The notes under the pieces: model-generated | The model's database searches: none | Told to the model about the DNA's origin: nothing | Seen by the model: the letters and a program-made list of their open reading frames with translations, nothing else | Made by a program: the position numbers and the translations under genes | In this document: positions 38,497 through 49,237 of the stretch, piece after piece | How positions within the stretch are numbered: position 1 is the stretch's first letter | How the letters are laid out: every line of letters starts with the position of its first letter | NCBI GenBank assembly: GCA_050011875.1 | Contig: JBEKIG010000003.1 | Location: forward strand, 32,001-96,000 | Length of the DNA: 64,000 nucleotides | DNA from: Nitrososphaeria archaeon | GTDB lineage: Archaea; Thermoproteota; Nitrososphaeria; JACIWG01 | Direction: 5' to 3'

Positions 38497-39552
38497 CTAT
38501 CTCTCCAAGTAGCACAATCTATTGAGAAGCTCGGCTGTCAGTATCGCGTTACCCGCCGCCCCTCTTATTGTGTTATGACTCAAAAGGGTATATTGTAGGG
38601 ATCTTGAGTCAAGGCCCCTCCTAACCCTTCCGATCACTACGCTCATTCCTGGAACGGTTCCAGCAAACCTATCGCGCCTAACCTGAGGCCTGTCTTTACC
38701 CTCCCTAACGATGAGAGGATGCTCAGGAGCCGAAGGCAGCTTAAAATCCTGTGGCAAGCCTTTGAAAGAGGACATCGTATTTTTCGCTTCTTCTACATCG
38801 ATTTCTCCTTCCGTCTCTATGTACACGGATTCCGTGTGACCGTCGATCACGGAAACTCTATTGCAGGAGGCGGCGAGCAGCATAGGATTCTCAATTACAA
38901 AATTATCTCGAATGTTTCCGAGTATCTTCTTTGTTTCGTTGACAAGCTTTTCCTCTTCATCCTTGATGTAAGGTATGATATTGTCGATTATCTGGAGGCT
39001 GGAAACGCCTGGAAATCCTGCACCGCTGACAGCCTGCATCGTAGTAACTATTACCCTCTTAACCTTATACCTATCGTCTAAAGGTTTAAGAGACATTACA
39101 AGGCCGGTTGTTGTACAGTTCGGTTTTGTTACAATGAAACCCTTCCAACCCCTTTCCGTCCTTTGCCTTTTGATAAGCTCTAGATGGCTACTGTTTATTT
39201 CGGGTACCAACACCGGGACATCCCTTTCCATTCTGAAGGCGCTAGTGTTACTGACAATCGGATGCTTCTTCGCATATGCTCCTTCCTGCTCTTTAGCCGC
39301 ATCTGAAGGAAGACAGCTGAAAATGAGCCCTACGAAATTCTGGGGAACCGATTCCTCGACCTGCATCCTCTGAATACGCTCTGGTGGATCATTTTCACCA
39401 ATCCATTCAGCTGCTTCACCATAGAGTTTTCCAGCGGACTTCTTCCCTACTAGAAGTGAAACTTCAAACCATGGATGCGACTCTAGCAGGCGTATGTACT
39501 GTTGACCGACCATGCCTGTCGCGCCCAATACAGCGACACTGATCTTTGCCAC
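38497..39552 (-). CDS. asd: Aspartate-semialdehyde dehydrogenase (archaeal type)
   Basis: LGATGMVGQ, PNCTT, QAVSGAG, HNTIRGAAG. Confidence 0.96.
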   Translation of the reverse strand: MAKISVAVLGATGMVGQQYIRLLESHPWFEVSLLVGKKSAGKLYGEAAEWIGENDPPERIQRMQVEESVPQNFVGLIFSCLPSDAAKEQEGAYAKKHPIVSNTSAFRMERDVPVLVPEINSSHLELIKRQRTERGWKGFIVTKPNCTTTGLVMSLKPLDDRYKVKRVIVTTMQAVSGAGFPGVSSLQIIDNIIPYIKDEEEKLVNETKKILGNIRDNFVIENPMLLAASCNRVSVIDGHTESVYIETEGEIDVEEAKNTMSSFKGLPQDFKLPSAPEHPLIVREGKDRPQVRRDRFAGTVPGMSVVIGRVRRGLDSRSLQYTLLSHNTIRGAAGNAILTAELLNRLCYLER

Positions 39553-39659
39553 TTTCTTTACACTTGTTTGCCTAAGATTAAAACCACTAACCTTTAATAT
39601 ACTTTACTTCAAAACTCAAGCATCCAACTTTTTCCTATGTCTAATATGTGATTAGATGA

Positions 39660-40100
39660 TCATTGGACTACAGTATTATTGGCCGCTTTCCAGGCCGTGA
39701 GACCTCCGAGCATGTTATATACGTGACGGAAACCGTTGTTAGCTAGTATAGTTGAAGCTTGGGCACTCCTAGTTCCCGTACCACAGTAGACCAGGATATA
39801 CGATTGAGGATCTAATTTACTAATATTCTCTTGTAGAGTGTTAATGGGGATACACATGGCTCCTTCGATGTGTCCGCTGTTAAATTCATCAAAGGTTCTA
39901 ACGTCTAGAATAACTAAACCTGTAGTATTTCTTATCAATTCTTTAGCCTGTTCAACCGTAACATCCTGATAACCTTTTTTTCCTGACTGGACACTCGGCA
40001 GCCATACATAGGAATAATAGATTACCACGGAAAAAACTATAGCTACGATAACCAGGATAACTGCAAGACGCTTTTGATTTATTGAGAGCCCTGTCTTCAT
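39660..40100 (-). CDS. Membrane-anchored rhodanese domain protein
   Basis: N-terminal TM; LDVR, GHIEGA, YCGTGTRS. Confidence 0.9.
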   Translation of the reverse strand: MKTGLSINQKRLAVILVIVAIVFSVVIYYSYVWLPSVQSGKKGYQDVTVEQAKELIRNTTGLVILDVRTFDEFNSGHIEGAMCIPINTLQENISKLDPQSYILVYCGTGTRSAQASTILANNGFRHVYNMLGGLTAWKAANNTVVQ

Positions 40101-40412
40101 GCTCTATACCATCTGACTTCTATTAAAGATTCTTTGCTATAAACCTTAGTTTATAATCAAACCTTCTAGCGAAAAATGTTTTTTTTAGACGATTGACTTT
40201 ACTTCCTTAAGGATTTTCACGTTATCATAGACAGTAATTGAAGTCAAAAGCACAAACCTGATATTATGCGATAATGGAATTGGTTAAAGGAAATATAAAT
40301 GATCCTTCATAATTAAAACAGTAGATCTGATTACGCGATTTGATAACGATATCGTAGGCGTGTTAGACTCTCAACATGTTTAAATATCTAGCAACTGTTC
40401 CCTAAATCGGAT

Positions 40413-41756
40413 TTGATGAAGACTGAAGCTTACCTTCAGTGTATAATACCGAGCTGTGGAAAAAAATATGACACCAAAGGAATAAGAACGACCTGCGATT
40501 GTGGCAACCTTCTAGACGTAAAATATAAGGGTAGGTTTTCAAGAAGGTTGGAAGATAAATTTTTTCAGAGAAGGAACCCGTTAGGTAACATCTTCAATGA
40601 AAGCGGCGTGTGGAGGTTCAGGGAACTCATCAACTTTACAGGATTTGATTCTGAAGATCACGAAAATTACAGTAAGGTCTTCGTGTCGTTCGATGGCGCA
40701 GAAGGGAGGACAAGACCTTATCAGATGACGAAGGTCGCAGAATATGTTGGAATGCCTAAAGAAAACGTCCTCTTTCAGCCTGAGGGACTTAATCCCAGCG
40801 GCTCCTTCAAAGATAACGGCATATCCACAGGTTTGACTCATGCAAAGATGATAGGGGTTAAGGAAGTAATATGTGCTTCAACAGGAAATACTTCAGCATC
40901 TCTTGCGATGTACGCGGCGAACGAGGGTATTAGAGCTGGAATATACATACCGAAGGAAGAGGTTGCACCGGGAAAGCTTGGTCAGGCTTTTCAGTTTAAT
41001 GCAGACGTATATGAAGTAACAGGTAACTTCGATGACGCGCTCCAAGTTGTTCTGGAGAAGGGAAGAAGGGGAGCGTATGTTATGAACTCTGTTAACCCGT
41101 TCAGGCTAGAAGGCCAGAAGACGATGGTCTACAGGGTGCTGGAGTACCTTAACTGGGAGGCGCCTGATTGGCTTGTGTTCCCCCGCGGAAACATGGGGAA
41201 CTGTTCGGCGTTTGGAAAAGCGGTCATTGAACTTTATGAGTGGGGATGGATAAAGAAGAAGCCGAGATTTGTTTCCGTCGACGCCGAAGGTTCTAAAACC
41301 TTCTTCACTCTCTTCAATGGCCTGTACAATGGAGAAAAATTGAGGTGGAACAATGGAGACGTTGATGAAGAGCTGATAGAAGACTACTATAATTATTTAG
41401 ATAGAAGAGGGGTGAGGCCTAAGACAAACGCGACGGCGATACAGATAGGTAGACCTGTAAATATCAAGAAAGGTCTAAGAAGTCTGGACTTCACAGATGG
41501 AATCTCGGTGGAAGTTAATGATAAAGAAATGGAAGATGGTGTAGCTGTCGTCGGTAGCAACGGATTCGATTGCGAACAGGCTTCAGCCGCATGTATTGCA
41601 GCGATAAAAAAACTTGTTTTAGAAGGGACTATAAAGAAGGATGATAAGGTTGTCGGCATCCTAACTGGCAGGCTGAAGGACCCTCAGATGATTGTGAACT
41701 ATCACGCCGACAAAGATAACAGATTCGCTAATCCTCCTAAAACAGTTAAGATCTGA
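40413..41756 (+). CDS. thrC: Threonine synthase
   Basis: N-terminal Zn ribbon, NPSGSFKD, CASTGNTSAS, NSVNPFRLEGQKT. Confidence 0.93.
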   Translation: MMKTEAYLQCIIPSCGKKYDTKGIRTTCDCGNLLDVKYKGRFSRRLEDKFFQRRNPLGNIFNESGVWRFRELINFTGFDSEDHENYSKVFVSFDGAEGRTRPYQMTKVAEYVGMPKENVLFQPEGLNPSGSFKDNGISTGLTHAKMIGVKEVICASTGNTSASLAMYAANEGIRAGIYIPKEEVAPGKLGQAFQFNADVYEVTGNFDDALQVVLEKGRRGAYVMNSVNPFRLEGQKTMVYRVLEYLNWEAPDWLVFPRGNMGNCSAFGKAVIELYEWGWIKKKPRFVSVDAEGSKTFFTLFNGLYNGEKLRWNNGDVDEELIEDYYNYLDRRGVRPKTNATAIQIGRPVNIKKGLRSLDFTDGISVEVNDKEMEDGVAVVGSNGFDCEQASAACIAAIKKLVLEGTIKKDDKVVGILTGRLKDPQMIVNYHADKDNRFANPPKTVKI

Positions 41757-41798
41757 AGACAACATTGTTGATTTGCTATTTGGAATTTACTGTTACAG

Positions 41799-42758
41799 TT
41801 ACTTGTCGACCATCCTAGCACCTACGCCAGGTTTTGTGATGTAATAAGACGCTTCAACGTCAGCCCTGTTAAAGGCTTCGCACATTGACTTGCCTATCTC
41901 CGAACCATCGCAAACGCTGTTGTCAAAGAATGCAGCCATGCTTGGACCAGCACCGCTGATTGTCACACCGAGGGCGCCAGAACCGGATGCGGCCTCCTTA
42001 ACATAGGAGTATCCTGGGATCAGCTTTGATCTTGCAGGTTCAACTACCGCATCACTGAGTGAGCAGCCGAAGAGCTTTAGATCTTTTAGAAATAAAGCAG
42101 CCACTACGGCGGAGGCGTTACCTACGTTGTGAACAAGCTGCGTCAGTTCGATTGATTTTGGTATGACTGCTCTAAACTGCTCCGTCTTCTTTGCGCCATA
42201 GGACAATTTGGGTGAGGAGATGCATATGCCGAGATGTTTAGGTGGATCAACTTTAATGACATCCATGGGTGTGTAGGACCTGACTATCGTGAAACCCCCT
42301 AACAGAGATGCTGAAACATTGTCAGCATGGGGTTTGCCAGCAGAAGCTACTTCCCCTAATGAAGCGTACCTGACAAGAGCGTTCTGGTCCAGGTTTAAAG
42401 AAAAAAGCGTATTTACGCCAAAAGCAACCGCACAAGCTGAAGCAGCACTACTTCCCATCCCCATGCCTACCGGTATCCCCTTGACGACTTTGACGTCTAA
42501 ACCCCTTGTCAAATGGAAATCCCTCGCCATCGTAGACGCGACAATTCCAGCAGTGTTACCTTCCAATTGAATAGGTATCCTGTCGGAGTCTATTCCTTCA
42601 ACAGAAACCTTCAGCCGCTCCCCTCCGACAGATATGGTAACCTTATCCTTTGGCGAAACTAATGCTAACGCAAAAACATCGAAGCCAGGGCCGACGTTGG
42701 CTGAAGATGCCGGTGCTTCGACAATTATCTTGTCTTGCCCAAACTTTAAGGCGGGCAT
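41799..42758 (-). CDS. thrB: Homoserine kinase
   Basis: PASSANVGPGFD, GMGSSAAS, HADNV, ISGAGPS. Confidence 0.96.
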   Translation of the reverse strand: MPALKFGQDKIIVEAPASSANVGPGFDVFALALVSPKDKVTISVGGERLKVSVEGIDSDRIPIQLEGNTAGIVASTMARDFHLTRGLDVKVVKGIPVGMGMGSSAASACAVAFGVNTLFSLNLDQNALVRYASLGEVASAGKPHADNVSASLLGGFTIVRSYTPMDVIKVDPPKHLGICISSPKLSYGAKKTEQFRAVIPKSIELTQLVHNVGNASAVVAALFLKDLKLFGCSLSDAVVEPARSKLIPGYSYVKEAASGSGALGVTISGAGPSMAAFFDNSVCDGSEIGKSMCEAFNRADVEASYYITKPGVGARMVDK

Positions 42759-42831
42759 TTATTTCTCTCAAGATAAAATAGGCATCATATTTAAACTTGC
42801 ACGTGTTTATATTGGTAATGGAGGATAGAAA

Positions 42832-43425
42832 CTATTTCTTATCTTTAAGCATAAGAGATGAGAGGTTTGGGTATTCAGAGACAAATCTTATCCTATAGGT
42901 GAAGTCAGGTTTTATCTGGCTAGACTGCTGGATAGCCCTTTGGATTTCCGTCTCATCTAAGCTTGTGTCAGCGATAAGGTTTTCGATAGAAGACCTGATC
43001 TGTAAGGAGACCTGTTCGCTAAGCCTTTCCTTAGAAAAATATTTTAGAATATCTTCGATTACAGCGATCTTCCCTAAAATTTCAACCTTTTCCATCGGTT
43101 CTTTGAACGCTTCCTCGGCTAAAACCTGCAGCCTTATCTTTATCTGGGCCAGTTCTCTGAGTATGACGATTATTTCGTCTTCTAGCCTTATCAATTCGTA
43201 AGAAGAAGAAGCCTTCTGAAGGTCGTTTAATGTAGATACATCGTGTATCCTGTTCAGGGAATCAAATAGTCTATCTACGCACTTTGTGACATTCTGAATA
43301 TGTGCGATTACATCTTCCTGTAGCTGTGAATATTTCTCAGGTAACTTCTTTTCTAGGACGAATTTCCTATTTCCAGCTACAAATATCGATAAGGTTTTGA
43401 GAACTTCAATTGTGTCCTCTATCAT
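42832..43425 (-). CDS. Hypothetical helical protein
   Basis: 197-aa ORF, charged and helical; no motif recognised. Confidence 0.6.
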   Translation of the reverse strand: MIEDTIEVLKTLSIFVAGNRKFVLEKKLPEKYSQLQEDVIAHIQNVTKCVDRLFDSLNRIHDVSTLNDLQKASSSYELIRLEDEIIVILRELAQIKIRLQVLAEEAFKEPMEKVEILGKIAVIEDILKYFSKERLSEQVSLQIRSSIENLIADTSLDETEIQRAIQQSSQIKPDFTYRIRFVSEYPNLSSLMLKDKK

Positions 43426-43509
43426 CGATTATATCGCGCGGATATGCTTTAATAATCTTTGTAACCAAAGTTAATGAAAAATCGCTTCCATCGCAGAATT
43501 TATATAAGC

Positions 43510-44469
43510 TTATAGTTTCACCATCCTTAATCCACCTAAAACGAAATCAGGGGCCAATAGGTTACCTGAGACAACTTCAACGCCATATGATCTAAATACT
43601 TTATCGCCGGCACAAAAATCGATCCTGACATTATCATATACCATAGATGTGTCCAAAATAAAATCAAAGAGCTGAGCTTGATCGCTGAAACTAATTATTC
43701 CAGTCTCTTCCGACGTTGTGCCGAAGTAGCAGGTGCCAAGTTCTTCAGCTTCTGCGGCAAATGAACTTATCGGATCACATGTGAGGAGGACTATCACGTT
43801 ATTTCTGAACTCTATCGCCCTCTGCTTAAACTTCCCCGTAGCATCTGCTATCTCTTTACGTATCCAGACACCAGAATGTCCTCCTTCATCTATACTGGAG
43901 AAGCTCGCCATGAGTGACACGTCTAAGGGTGGAAAAAGTGTGAACTCAGTATTAGCTTTCAGGAAGTTGATTTCATTCATCGCATAGAATGCCTTACTTC
44001 TATCAATTGAAGAACTCTGAACTCCAGTTTCGGTATTATATCCCATCTTCTCTATCTCCAACATAGCGAGCCTTGGCACCGCAAATATGAGATTTTTCAG
44101 AGTTGGACCAAGAATGTGTGACAGAAGCTTTGAACAATATCGGCTACTGATGAATCCAATATCAGGGACCAAGTATTTATAGCTCATCTTGGAAAGAAAG
44201 AATTCTTTCCAGTCTGGGGCTGTTATAAGCTTTCCCACCCTTTCTCCCGAAAGACAGGTGGTTATCCTAGAAGGATTGTATACGTTGAAGAATTGGGTGT
44301 TAAGGTCCAGTTCCTTCTGAAACTTTATACTTCTGGAAGCGTCATCGTATTCCCAAACCTTATCTTGATCTCTGTAGGTGCGTATGGTAAGAGACGCGCT
44401 TTGGAGCTTTGCATTGAAATCTAATGCTTCTATAAGCTCCGAGAACTGCTTCCGCTCTACTACGCTCAA
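43510..44469 (-). CDS. Degenerate PIN-domain-like protein
   Basis: YLVPDIGFI, VPRLAMLEIE and LLTCD follow PIN spacing; the third acidic position appears to be Gly. Confidence 0.5.
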   Translation of the reverse strand: MSVVERKQFSELIEALDFNAKLQSASLTIRTYRDQDKVWEYDDASRSIKFQKELDLNTQFFNVYNPSRITTCLSGERVGKLITAPDWKEFFLSKMSYKYLVPDIGFISSRYCSKLLSHILGPTLKNLIFAVPRLAMLEIEKMGYNTETGVQSSSIDRSKAFYAMNEINFLKANTEFTLFPPLDVSLMASFSSIDEGGHSGVWIRKEIADATGKFKQRAIEFRNNVIVLLTCDPISSFAAEAEELGTCYFGTTSEETGIISFSDQAQLFDFILDTSMVYDNVRIDFCAGDKVFRSYGVEVVSGNLLAPDFVLGGLRMVKL

Positions 44470-44567
44470 ATTCCGTCAGAAAGATGTAAAAGTGCCATGA
44501 TATAATCTTTGACCAACACTTCGACCATACATCGTCAGGACTATCCTCTTGAATTCTTCGACAGCCC

Positions 44568-46955
44568 TCATGAAGCATGCATCCACTGTAAAGGAAAGGT
44601 TATTGTGAACTTTGAACCCTTTCCAACACTACTTTCTACGGTTATCCTTCCACCATGTGCCTCTATCAGTCTCTTACATATTGCAAGCCCTAATCCTGTA
44701 CCCTTTGATTTAGTCGTAAAGAAGGGCTTAAAGAGTTTTTGTAAATTCTCCTCGGATATACCGACACCTGTATCTTCAACGCTAACTATTCCTTCTTTTT
44801 CAGTCTTTGACATTTTTATTTGCAGATGACCTCCCTCTGGCATAGCTTGGATCGCGTTCGTAATCAAGTTAGTAAACACCCTTGCCATAAAGGCTGAATC
44901 AACAAAAACTTCAGGGAAACCGTCTTGAACTTCAATTTTAAACGTGATATTATTCGGGATTTCAATTGTTAAAATAAGCGAGTTTAGAAGCTCCAGCAAG
45001 TTTGTTGGGGCAAAAGCCGGTTTAAGAGATCTCGCATAATCTTGGAGATCTGAGACCATCCTGCTCATGTACCCAATCTGCAAATCGATATCGTCTAGCA
45101 TTTCCTTAATGTCTCGTTTCTCCTTATCCAAAAGCTGCAATGGCTTGATCTTATCTTTTGCGAGGAATGTCTTATATATAATGACCTGCAATGGAGAACG
45201 TAAGTCATGCCCTATCATGGACGCCATTTCGCCTATAGCAGCCAAACGCTCTGCTTCCTTCAACTGCTTTGTCCTCTCTTCCACCAATTCCTCAAGATGT
45301 TTCGAATAGCGTTCAAGTTCTTTCTCCATTCTTTTATGTTCTGTTATATCACGAAATATTCCCTGCATCACTTTTTTGCCTCCAATTTCGAAGATACTAG
45401 ACTTGATCGAAACATCTTTGATTTCCCCCCCTTTGGTGATAATCTGCGATTCTAAGACTTGCCCTTCCATTTCTCCTAGATGCTGTTTAAAGGCTCGAGT
45501 AAATTTGCCTTCTACTTCCTTTTTGGGATGTAGTGTGATTCTACTCTGAAGCTTTCCAACGATTTCTGATCTTTCTTTGCCTACTAGCTTTTCTGCTTCT
45601 TTGTTGCAGTCAATTATCAGGCCAGTGCTTGCATCAGCTAAAAATATAGCGTCCATCGCTTTCTGGAACTGCGTTTTATACCTATTCTCTGAAATTTCAA
45701 GTTCATTTAAAGTCCTATAGTTTTCATAGGAGACTGCTACAAGTTCGGCGAAAGCAGAAACCAATAACAGGTCATTCCTATTAAAACCACCCGGCTTATT
45801 GCCTAAAATGATAAGACCTACGGGTGTTCCTTTAACACCTAAAGGAGATATTAGAATATTTTCGAGTTGAATATGCCCATCTGGTGGAGTTCCCACCTGA
45901 ATATCCCTTTTTAAATTATTATTATAAATCGCTTTTTTTGGAAGGTGTAAATCTCTATGTATACCAGTAATAGCTTTTTCAACATCTTCTTTGGTAATAT
46001 TCGGGTTTTGTTCGAAACCTAGAAATAAGATTTTTTCCTTTAAGCTTTTAGGACTTGCAAATGAGATATATCCATAAGACACACCCATCAAGCGCATACA
46101 TGAATTGAAAATGAATTTTGCAGATTCCTCGAAATTAGGATATTTAAGGACTGCTTGCGCGCTTTCAAATAGAGTTAAGAATTCCTTCGATTTTTGTTGC
46201 GCCTCTTTTAAAGTAACTTCAAGGTTTTTTTCAGTATTTTTTCTTATTGTTATATCTCTTCCATAAAAGTTAATGTATCGCTTTTCAAGCACCATTTTCA
46301 CATAAAATAGGTAAGTTCTTGAATTGTGTTCGATCTCAACACTTTTGACCTCTTCACTTTTACTAACTTCCAAGATCAAGTTCTTCCAGAAATCTGATGC
46401 ATAGGATCCTACTTCTCCTACTATGTCCTTAATCAGTTCTTTGGTGGCTCTGTTCTCATATAGTACTGTGCCATCGATTCCTATGCGAAAAACGGGATTT
46501 GGGTTTTCTTCCGGAAAACTTGCATTGTCCTTAATTTGCTCTTCTTCTATCTTTTCCTTTGTTATATCAGATAAAGTGATTACCGATTTGCCATCATTAA
46601 GCATTCTCATTTCTGCTTTCACATATCTCAATTCACCACCCTGATTAGATATACGGTAAATTGATGTGCCACCTCCTTCAATCAAGTGCCTTCTAAAAGT
46701 CGTGTACACATTCTTTTGGTCTCCCTCGACTGGAAAAACCTTGGCTATTGTATGCTTCACGTTTTTGATTTCATCCAGATTGCAGCCAAGGATTCGAAAG
46801 GATTCAGGATTAGCATATATAATATCCACATCCTTTCCGACTAAGATGATACCATAAGGTGCAGCATCCAAGATAGATAGAAGGGTTTCTTTTTCCTTCT
46901 GCAGAGCCTTATCACCAAGCTTTGAATTATGCGTAGCCGATTGCATTTTAATCAA
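44568..46955 (-). CDS. Cytoplasmic PAS-PAS-GAF-PAS sensor histidine kinase
   Basis: HDLRSPL H-box, NLITNAIQAM, DTGVGI, PFFTTK, GTGLGL; ENPNPV PAS motif. Confidence 0.95.
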   Translation of the reverse strand: MIKMQSATHNSKLGDKALQKEKETLLSILDAAPYGIILVGKDVDIIYANPESFRILGCNLDEIKNVKHTIAKVFPVEGDQKNVYTTFRRHLIEGGGTSIYRISNQGGELRYVKAEMRMLNDGKSVITLSDITKEKIEEEQIKDNASFPEENPNPVFRIGIDGTVLYENRATKELIKDIVGEVGSYASDFWKNLILEVSKSEEVKSVEIEHNSRTYLFYVKMVLEKRYINFYGRDITIRKNTEKNLEVTLKEAQQKSKEFLTLFESAQAVLKYPNFEESAKFIFNSCMRLMGVSYGYISFASPKSLKEKILFLGFEQNPNITKEDVEKAITGIHRDLHLPKKAIYNNNLKRDIQVGTPPDGHIQLENILISPLGVKGTPVGLIILGNKPGGFNRNDLLLVSAFAELVAVSYENYRTLNELEISENRYKTQFQKAMDAIFLADASTGLIIDCNKEAEKLVGKERSEIVGKLQSRITLHPKKEVEGKFTRAFKQHLGEMEGQVLESQIITKGGEIKDVSIKSSIFEIGGKKVMQGIFRDITEHKRMEKELERYSKHLEELVEERTKQLKEAERLAAIGEMASMIGHDLRSPLQVIIYKTFLAKDKIKPLQLLDKEKRDIKEMLDDIDLQIGYMSRMVSDLQDYARSLKPAFAPTNLLELLNSLILTIEIPNNITFKIEVQDGFPEVFVDSAFMARVFTNLITNAIQAMPEGGHLQIKMSKTEKEGIVSVEDTGVGISEENLQKLFKPFFTTKSKGTGLGLAICKRLIEAHGGRITVESSVGKGSKFTITFPLQWMHAS

Positions 46956-47266
46956 ATACTAATCAATACATTTATTTTAACTTTATTTATTGTGATTATG
47001 CCTATAATATTAGTAAAGTTGCTAAAGCCGACTAGTAAATAAAAGATAATTGTATGTATTTAGGCATATAATGCAAGAGAAGTGTTTGTGATGGTGTTGA
47101 AGATTCTTCACATTCCTGCCTTCTTTGCGATTTCAGTCAGCTACAATCGGCTTCTGCAAAAGTAGTGTTTCCTTACACACTTATGTTTAGAATCAGCAAG
47201 GTTTATTTAAGCAATAAACTTCTCATCACTAGATCGACTTTCCAATGTGAGGCACAGTGATATCTA

Positions 47267-49144
47267 ATGGCCAATTACACTTTGTTGGATGCAAAATATG
47301 ATGGTAATGTAGTCAGACTATTTTATCTCTCTGATAAAGGTAAAATCGAGGAGTGGAATGAAGGAATAGAATATCACCCCTACTTCTACTCCCTTGAAGA
47401 TTCAGATACAATAAGTAAAGTAAAGGATCTCGGCTGCAAGATAGCCCCGGACAGGAAGAAGGAACTTTTCTCAGATAAAGAGCTAGGCTATTATAGAATC
47501 GTTGGAAATGGGGCAGCGCTCGAAGAGGCGAGAAGTGTTTTAAATAAGGTCTGGGAAGATGATCTTCAAGTTGAGGAAAAATATGTCTTTGATAAAGGCG
47601 TAAGGTTCGGCGTTGCATACGACGATTTCGGTGAAAGCTTTCGGCCAGTCGGCGTCGATGCTAAAGTTTTCGAAGAAACTTTCGGTGATCTTGCGGATTC
47701 TGACTCGGTAAAGTACGATCTTGCCAAGAAATTCTTCAATATTATTGAGCAGCCACTTCCTGATATACCGGAGGAAGTCTCCAGACATTTCAGATATGAT
47801 AGGGATAGAATGCTTCAAGCTTTATATCTTTCACGGATTACCAATAGTCCGATAACTTTTAGAAACGCTCCTCCAAGTAATTTCATTAAATCATTGTACT
47901 ACCTATACCTGAAGAGCGAAGGGTATGTAATTCCTAAACCGGAAGAGTTGGCACGCGGTGAGAGCCCTAGAGGTGTCTATGGGAAAGCGGCGTTGGTGAT
48001 GACGCCTGAGAAAGGTATATTCTTGAATACCTATGCTCTTGACTTCGAGTCACTCTACCCGAGTTGTATTGATGTCTATAATCTATCACATGAAACAGTA
48101 AATTGCGAACATAGTGAATGCCTGACAAATAAAGTACCTGGAGAGCAACATCATATCTGCACGAGAAGAAGAGGGAAATATTCCACTTTGATTGGGACAC
48201 TCAAAGACCTCAGAATAAGATATTACAAAAAGAAAGGAAGAGAAGGAGACCCGAACACAAAGGTTATTTCTGAAGTTCTAAAGATGATACTGGTCATCTG
48301 CTATGGTGTTACGATAAGGATAAAAGGTCTCGCGAACCCCGCGCTCGCTGAATCCATAACGGCATACTCCAGAAATGCACTGAAAACTGCATGGAAATTT
48401 GCTCTCGAACAAAACCTAAGACCGGTCTACGGGGATACGGATTCCCTTTTTGTTGTAAACCCTTATGGTAAACAGCTGCAAACGTTGATTGACAGGGTAA
48501 GAAGTGAGCTCAGCCTCGACCTTGCTATAGACAAGAATTATAAGGTCTGCGTCTTCTCATCCGCTAAGAAGGCGTACCTTGGGATATACGAGAGCGGTAA
48601 GATCGATCCGAAGGGCCTTGTAGCCTTCAAGTCAAATACACCAAGATTTGTCAGAAACGTGCTCGAGGAAACAGCGATGGAGCTGGCCAAGATAAATACT
48701 CAAGATGATATCGCAGATGTTCGAAATAGAGTATATAAGATATTGGAAAGCAGGGAGAAAGATCTTCTTGCGAAGAGGTTTGAGGTCAAAGACATGGAAT
48801 TTAATGTTATACTACATAAGAAGCCTTCAGAAATAGCTGGTTCAAACGTATTCGCGCAGACTTATCAATGCGCAATTCAGATGATCAATTCCGGAGTCAA
48901 TTTGAGAAGGGGCCAAATTATTACCTTTGCAAAGGTGAAGGCCTTTAACTATCGTGGGAAAAAATTTACTGTTAAGCCAATAAACGCCGTTAAGAAGGAA
49001 GAAATCAACATAGCAGATTACATATCAAACTTGTACAGCATGATGGGCCAGATATTGGAGCCTTTAGGAATAAGTAAAAGCAACTCAGATAAAGGATATG
49101 ACGTTCTTACAAAATGGTTTAAGGATGCGACGGACCAAACGTGA
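47267..49144 (+). CDS. polB: Family B DNA polymerase, PolB1-like, lacking the 3'-5' exonuclease domain
   Basis: DFESLYPS, YGDTDS, KKAY; Cys/His insert CEHSEC...HHIC; only 625 aa. Confidence 0.9.
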   Translation: MANYTLLDAKYDGNVVRLFYLSDKGKIEEWNEGIEYHPYFYSLEDSDTISKVKDLGCKIAPDRKKELFSDKELGYYRIVGNGAALEEARSVLNKVWEDDLQVEEKYVFDKGVRFGVAYDDFGESFRPVGVDAKVFEETFGDLADSDSVKYDLAKKFFNIIEQPLPDIPEEVSRHFRYDRDRMLQALYLSRITNSPITFRNAPPSNFIKSLYYLYLKSEGYVIPKPEELARGESPRGVYGKAALVMTPEKGIFLNTYALDFESLYPSCIDVYNLSHETVNCEHSECLTNKVPGEQHHICTRRRGKYSTLIGTLKDLRIRYYKKKGREGDPNTKVISEVLKMILVICYGVTIRIKGLANPALAESITAYSRNALKTAWKFALEQNLRPVYGDTDSLFVVNPYGKQLQTLIDRVRSELSLDLAIDKNYKVCVFSSAKKAYLGIYESGKIDPKGLVAFKSNTPRFVRNVLEETAMELAKINTQDDIADVRNRVYKILESREKDLLAKRFEVKDMEFNVILHKKPSEIAGSNVFAQTYQCAIQMINSGVNLRRGQIITFAKVKAFNYRGKKFTVKPINAVKKEEINIADYISNLYSMMGQILEPLGISKSNSDKGYDVLTKWFKDATDQT

Positions 49145-49237
49145 TGCAGTTCCTTTAAAAAGAAAAAATCTTCGACGCAGGCAATCTACGTAGTAAAGGA
49201 TCAACAGGATTTTTTTAGAACGTCAGCGGTTATGAAT

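Noticed and set aside
47267-49144. PolB as a marker of a casposon, provirus or plasmid
   Set aside because: No integrase, Cas1, capsid, terminal repeats or protein-primed features; flanks are cellular genes
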